Shown: positions 60,081 through 64,000 of the stretch, in pieces
How the letters are laid out: every line of letters starts with the position of its first letter
Position numbering within the stretch: the first letter of the stretch is position 1
Source: Strigamia acuminata
Taxonomy: Eukaryota
Assembly: GCA_949358305.1 (NCBI GenBank)
Contig: OX442314.1
Coordinates: forward strand, 2,046,001 to 2,110,000
Length of the DNA: 64,000 bases
Reading direction: 5' to 3'
Notes under the pieces: generated by a model
Database searches by the model: none
Told to the model about the DNA's origin: nothing
Seen by the model: the letters and a program-made list of their open reading frames with translations, nothing else
Program-made: the position numbers and the translations under genes

Positions 60081-61736
60081 ATGAGTCGCCGAGGTCGTGC
60101 TAGCAAGCGACAATACGTGCATTGGGATCCAGAAGAGTCGGAAGAGACGGATTATCGCTTTGTTAATCCCTCCTCTGACCCCGAGCTCGTCGCCAACTGG
60201 GCCCGTGATAACCCGGATCTCGTACCGCCACGAATTAGGAGCGCCATGGGCGTTAGTCCGAACGACTCGCGTCCTTCCAGAGGCCGTCAAGCTAGTCAGC
60301 GCGTCGTAACCTATGATGCGCCTCACGAGACTCCGAATTGGGATTTTTCTGACGACTCGTCACAATACTACCGTTCTGCTTCAAGGAGACGACGCCAAGA
60401 TGACTTCTCACAAGAAGAAGAATCGGTTGAAGAAGCTCCACCTCAGACCTCCAGCAGGCAGTTTGCCCGACCACGAAATCCTCGCGATACCGCTAGTCGA
60501 GGCAAAACTGGCAAGCCCAAAGGACCCACCAAGTCCACGCTGGCATCTTCATCCGAAGCGTTGACTCGTCCAACCTCGCAGGCTCGCTCGATATCAGAGC
60601 TAAATTTGCCAAGTTACCGTAAGCAGCGAAGAGAACATGTATTCCGCGATATGGAAGCTGCCGCCTTGGGTACAAACATCATGCCAAAGTCGAAGCTTAT
60701 GTTCTGCCCATTATGCGCAGGATGCGGATGGTTGTCGTCCTTGTTATCCGGCATTCACGCCGTAGTCTGCGTGAACTGTCACGGTGGTAAGCGCGTTGCC
60801 ATATCCAGCATGTGGAATGAAGAAATTCTTCCATTTGTCGTCAAGGGGCTAAGTACGCCGACAGCACGCAATTGGGCGATGTGTCGCGAATGTGGCCTCA
60901 TCCACCAGGGCCCAGAACAGGCTATTTATGTAGACCCGGCGCAAATGTCCAGCACCTCGACTCCACGAGGAGGATTCACGGAGCCACAACGCGAGCCGGA
61001 AACTCCCACCCCTGCGATTGATGGAACTCCAGTTGTCTCGGCGGAAAACCTTCCAACGTCAGTTACTGCGTCTGATTCTCCGCCGGTTGCATCCGATTCT
61101 GGTCCACAAGCCGCCGCTTCTCCAGAGGGAACATCGATTAACAACATGATTGTAGCGACTATTCCGCTCCCAGAAGTAAGCCACGCTGCTGAACCGGTTA
61201 TTTTACTGGTCCACCCATATATGCCGAGACCAGACATGTCACTCACGGAGCAAACTAAGGCAGAAGTGGAACATTATTTCCCAATTTTATTGGAAGCAGC
61301 TAAGCGTATTAGTGTGTCGATTTCAAACGACCGAATTCCAGATTTGAGCGTGCCCCTGGCCGTGATCCAATGGATTTTCCATCCATCCCGGCCGGAATCT
61401 TTTCAAACTCGCTCTTTTATTTGGTGTAAGATTTTGCAACAGGTCTCAGCAGCAGCACACCCGTTGATTCGTGAGGGATGGCACTCTGGCTTACCCGACC
61501 ATCACTTGGTTTTCTCCGAGCCAACCAGCGCTAACACCATTTCGTTAGGAGGGCCTGATCCCCTGGAAGTATTCACCGAGGAACAACACAGAATGCTCCT
61601 GAATCCACTGGCCCATGACGTTGAGCCAGATGTAGTACCGGAATTGGTAGCTATTCAACTTAATTCTCCACCCGCAGCCGTCTCGGAAGTTGTTACATCC
61701 ATGGAGGGATTTATTGAGGATGAAGAGTTGGACTAG
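60081..61736 (+). CDS. Third ORF of the LTR element: 551-aa non-Env protein with an Arg-rich disordered N-terminus, a CxxC zinc-binding cluster and an acidic C-terminus
   Basis: Uninterrupted, relatively GC-rich ORF between AT-rich spacers. Motifs CPLCAGCG, CVNCHGG, CRECGLIH. No signal peptide or transmembrane stretch visible. Confidence 0.85.
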   Translation: MSRRGRASKRQYVHWDPEESEETDYRFVNPSSDPELVANWARDNPDLVPPRIRSAMGVSPNDSRPSRGRQASQRVVTYDAPHETPNWDFSDDSSQYYRSASRRRRQDDFSQEEESVEEAPPQTSSRQFARPRNPRDTASRGKTGKPKGPTKSTLASSSEALTRPTSQARSISELNLPSYRKQRREHVFRDMEAAALGTNIMPKSKLMFCPLCAGCGWLSSLLSGIHAVVCVNCHGGKRVAISSMWNEEILPFVVKGLSTPTARNWAMCRECGLIHQGPEQAIYVDPAQMSSTSTPRGGFTEPQREPETPTPAIDGTPVVSAENLPTSVTASDSPPVASDSGPQAAASPEGTSINNMIVATIPLPEVSHAAEPVILLVHPYMPRPDMSLTEQTKAEVEHYFPILLEAAKRISVSISNDRIPDLSVPLAVIQWIFHPSRPESFQTRSFIWCKILQQVSAAAHPLIREGWHSGLPDHHLVFSEPTSANTISLGGPDPLEVFTEEQHRMLLNPLAHDVEPDVVPELVAIQLNSPPAAVSEVVTSMEGFIEDEELD

Positions 61737-62946
61737 AAAAGCGTCAACGATGTCGGGATCCGTTACTTTCCCGATATCTTCCCCTTTTAGGCAAGACCAG
61801 AAGTAACGAGTCCATCTTCTCCATCTCCATTGCTTGACCCGAGATGAAGCAAAAATTTAGTCAGGTTCAGGTGTATTTTATGCCGTTTTTTTTTGTGAAT
61901 AATTCAAAGATCTTTAATATTTAAACTAACAATTCTGTTAAAATTTGATTACGAGTCAATGTGAGTTTGTTTTATATGAATACTAATTTTAATACTTGAA
62001 TTTTAACGTGTAAAGTGTTATTTTGCAAACCATTATATTTCCAATGAGAAGTTAAGTTTTGTGAAAATAATTGTTAAATTTTATTAATCATTTGTTTGAT
62101 ACAAGAGTTTGATGTTAGTTTAAGTTATTGCCTTTTCTTGATGCAGTTGTAAGTCCACCTGTAAAGAGAGATTGGAATTATTATTAATAATTGAGAGTTT
62201 TATAACCCTAATAAATATTTTTTGAAGCATTTGATTAAGAAATACTCTTTATTTATACTATTAAGATATAAAATAAAGGTTTTTACTTACCAAGGATTAC
62301 AGCTCCAGTTCCATAGATGACAGTGTGGTCTTGATCCTCAAGATATTCGGAATAAATAGTATGTTAATACAGGTATTAACATATATTTAAGGGGGACTTG
62401 TGACGGTTACACTGTCATACACTTTGTTAGTATAGGACGATTACTTCACCAATAGATGGCGCTGATACGTTTTAGCGGTAATTTCAAATTTCGACAATTT
62501 TTGAATGAATAAAATATAAATTACTATTTATATTTTATTCCACTGCGACTTTATACACTTTTAAATACTTTTGGATGTTTTAATACTAGTTGATTTATTT
62601 GTCACATAATTCTATTGAATTATGTGCAAACTTTACACCTGGTGAAGTCACCCTTCATCACCCACTGTGAGTTGGACTCCTTTTGGATTATAGTCAAAGG
62701 GACTTAATCCAAAATGTGTCCTGCGTATCCAGTTCCTGTTTGGACCTAGTAGAAGACTATGTCCTGAGTATCCACTTCCTATGACCTAGGATTGGATGGA
62801 TTTGACTGCCCAGTGATCCCATTGGATCACTGAACAGCTATTCTCCTCACCGAGTATATATCCCCCTGCAAAACGGATATAGCTCGCTCTTGTTCTTGTT
62901 TTGTTTGATACTGATATTACTTGAGCACATATTATACTTCTCTGCG

Positions 62947-63254
62947 TTCCGACAATCCGTTGTAGAAATACTTTGTATTTAGTGTAAGTATCTAGAGTGA
63001 GTAGAAGACTCACAGACACACTGCCCGCCTCTTCATGCCAACATTCCGTTGTAGAAATGTAGTAACTAGAGTGAGTAATTCACAGACACATTTAAGTGTA
63101 GTATCTAGAGTGGGGTACAACCCACAGACGCACTCCCTCCAGCTTCATGCCAACATTCCGTTGTAGAGTGCAGAATCTAGAGTGGAGTAAAATTCACAGA
63201 CGCATTGGTAATGTAGAATCTAGAGTGGAGTATTTATATTTCACAGACGCATTA
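62947..63254 (+). promoter_or_regulatory. 3' LTR copy of the hairpin array
   Basis: Same sequence as 50540-50847 at a constant offset of 12407. Confidence 0.75.
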
Positions 63255-64000
63255 TCAGAGTGATCGACGCGGAGTAATTTCCCGGTTACTCTCCCGCCAG
63301 CCAGGACCGAGTGGAGTAATTTCCCGGCGATGGATAACCTTTCCTGCGAGATATTTCGATTCAATTCGTTATTGGTTTGACGGAACATTTAAGTCTAACT
63401 TAGATGTTGATTGCACTCGGGGCAAAAAATAGCTCGGCGCTATTTTAATATATTTTACTTATTTTCACAGTTTAAGTTAAGTTTGTGACTCTAAAATATC
63501 ATGATTAATTCCATAGAATTAATATGACTATTTATTCTCACATTGTTACATCTCGCGGTAATTATTGATTACAACAATTATCTGCGATGCGATGTGTGTG
63601 ACGATACAGAAAAGTCAACCGCACCTCTCGGATATAACCCACCCAGCCTAACCATTTACACGCCTTTTAGAACCAAACCCCGGACCATTTAGAAGCCAAA
63701 GCCATTCATAGATGACATCTTTTACGTCACAGCAATAAGACCGTTACAAATTCTTATTGCATGACTGAAGCCTTCAAATGATATTATTTCAGGGCTTTTG
63801 CCAAATAAATGTATAGTTTAACTTATCGTCATTTTAGCCACTTGTAGGCATAATAGTTATATAAGTTTCAACCGGAATAAATGTTATATGTTTTGAGAAA
63901 ACATCAGGTTTGCATATTTTACGCTTTCACACAGATAGTTCACACTTTAGTTTAGCAATTGCTATCTCCAGAAGGTAATCGTCACAAGTTCTGTTGTAAT

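Larger units (their letters stand above)
49116..63986 (+). mobile_element. Full-length 14.9-kb Gypsy LTR retrotransposon with gag, pol and a third ORF
   Basis: LTRs 49116-51579 (interrupted by a MITE) and 62399-63986 (1588 bp, TGTGAC...GTCACA); 4-bp TSD AGTT (49112-49115, 63987-63990); PBS; PPT AAGGGGGAC at 62389-62397. Confidence 0.97.

Noticed and set aside
60081..61736. env gene call for the third ORF
   Set aside because: No signal peptide, fusion peptide or C-terminal transmembrane segment visible.

Overview
Eukaryotic invertebrate (probably arthropod-like) genomic DNA in two halves. Left, 1-26 kb: a compact gene cluster with tiny GT-AG introns, several inflated by tandem repeats. It holds an SMP-domain extended-synaptotagmin/tricalbin-like gene (minus, runs off the left edge), NUSAP1, RTF1, a DUF229 gene, IFT25/HSPB11 (four exons, only partly visible in the ORF track) and SF3B2 with a long Q/E/R-rich insertion. 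Right, 26-64 kb: a transposon-rich block with a homogeneous 21-bp minisatellite, nested MITEs, LINE and Gypsy relics, a plant-type (DD39D-like) mariner derivative, scrambled dynein heavy chain fragments and two young full-length Gypsy LTR retrotransposons. One is a 4.8-kb Mag-like element (35940-40699, minus). The other, the most interesting object here, is a 14.9-kb element (49116-63986) with 1588-bp LTRs, a tRNA-Gln primer site and a -1 gag-pol frameshift signal. It has a non-Env third ORF (551 aa, Arg-rich and CxxC-rich) behind a structured spacer and a splice acceptor. Each LTR carries five bulged RNA hairpins whose stems show compensatory and G-U changes. This layout suggests a Tat/TAR- or Rex/RxRE-like accessory protein plus RNA response element, which is a hypothesis only.
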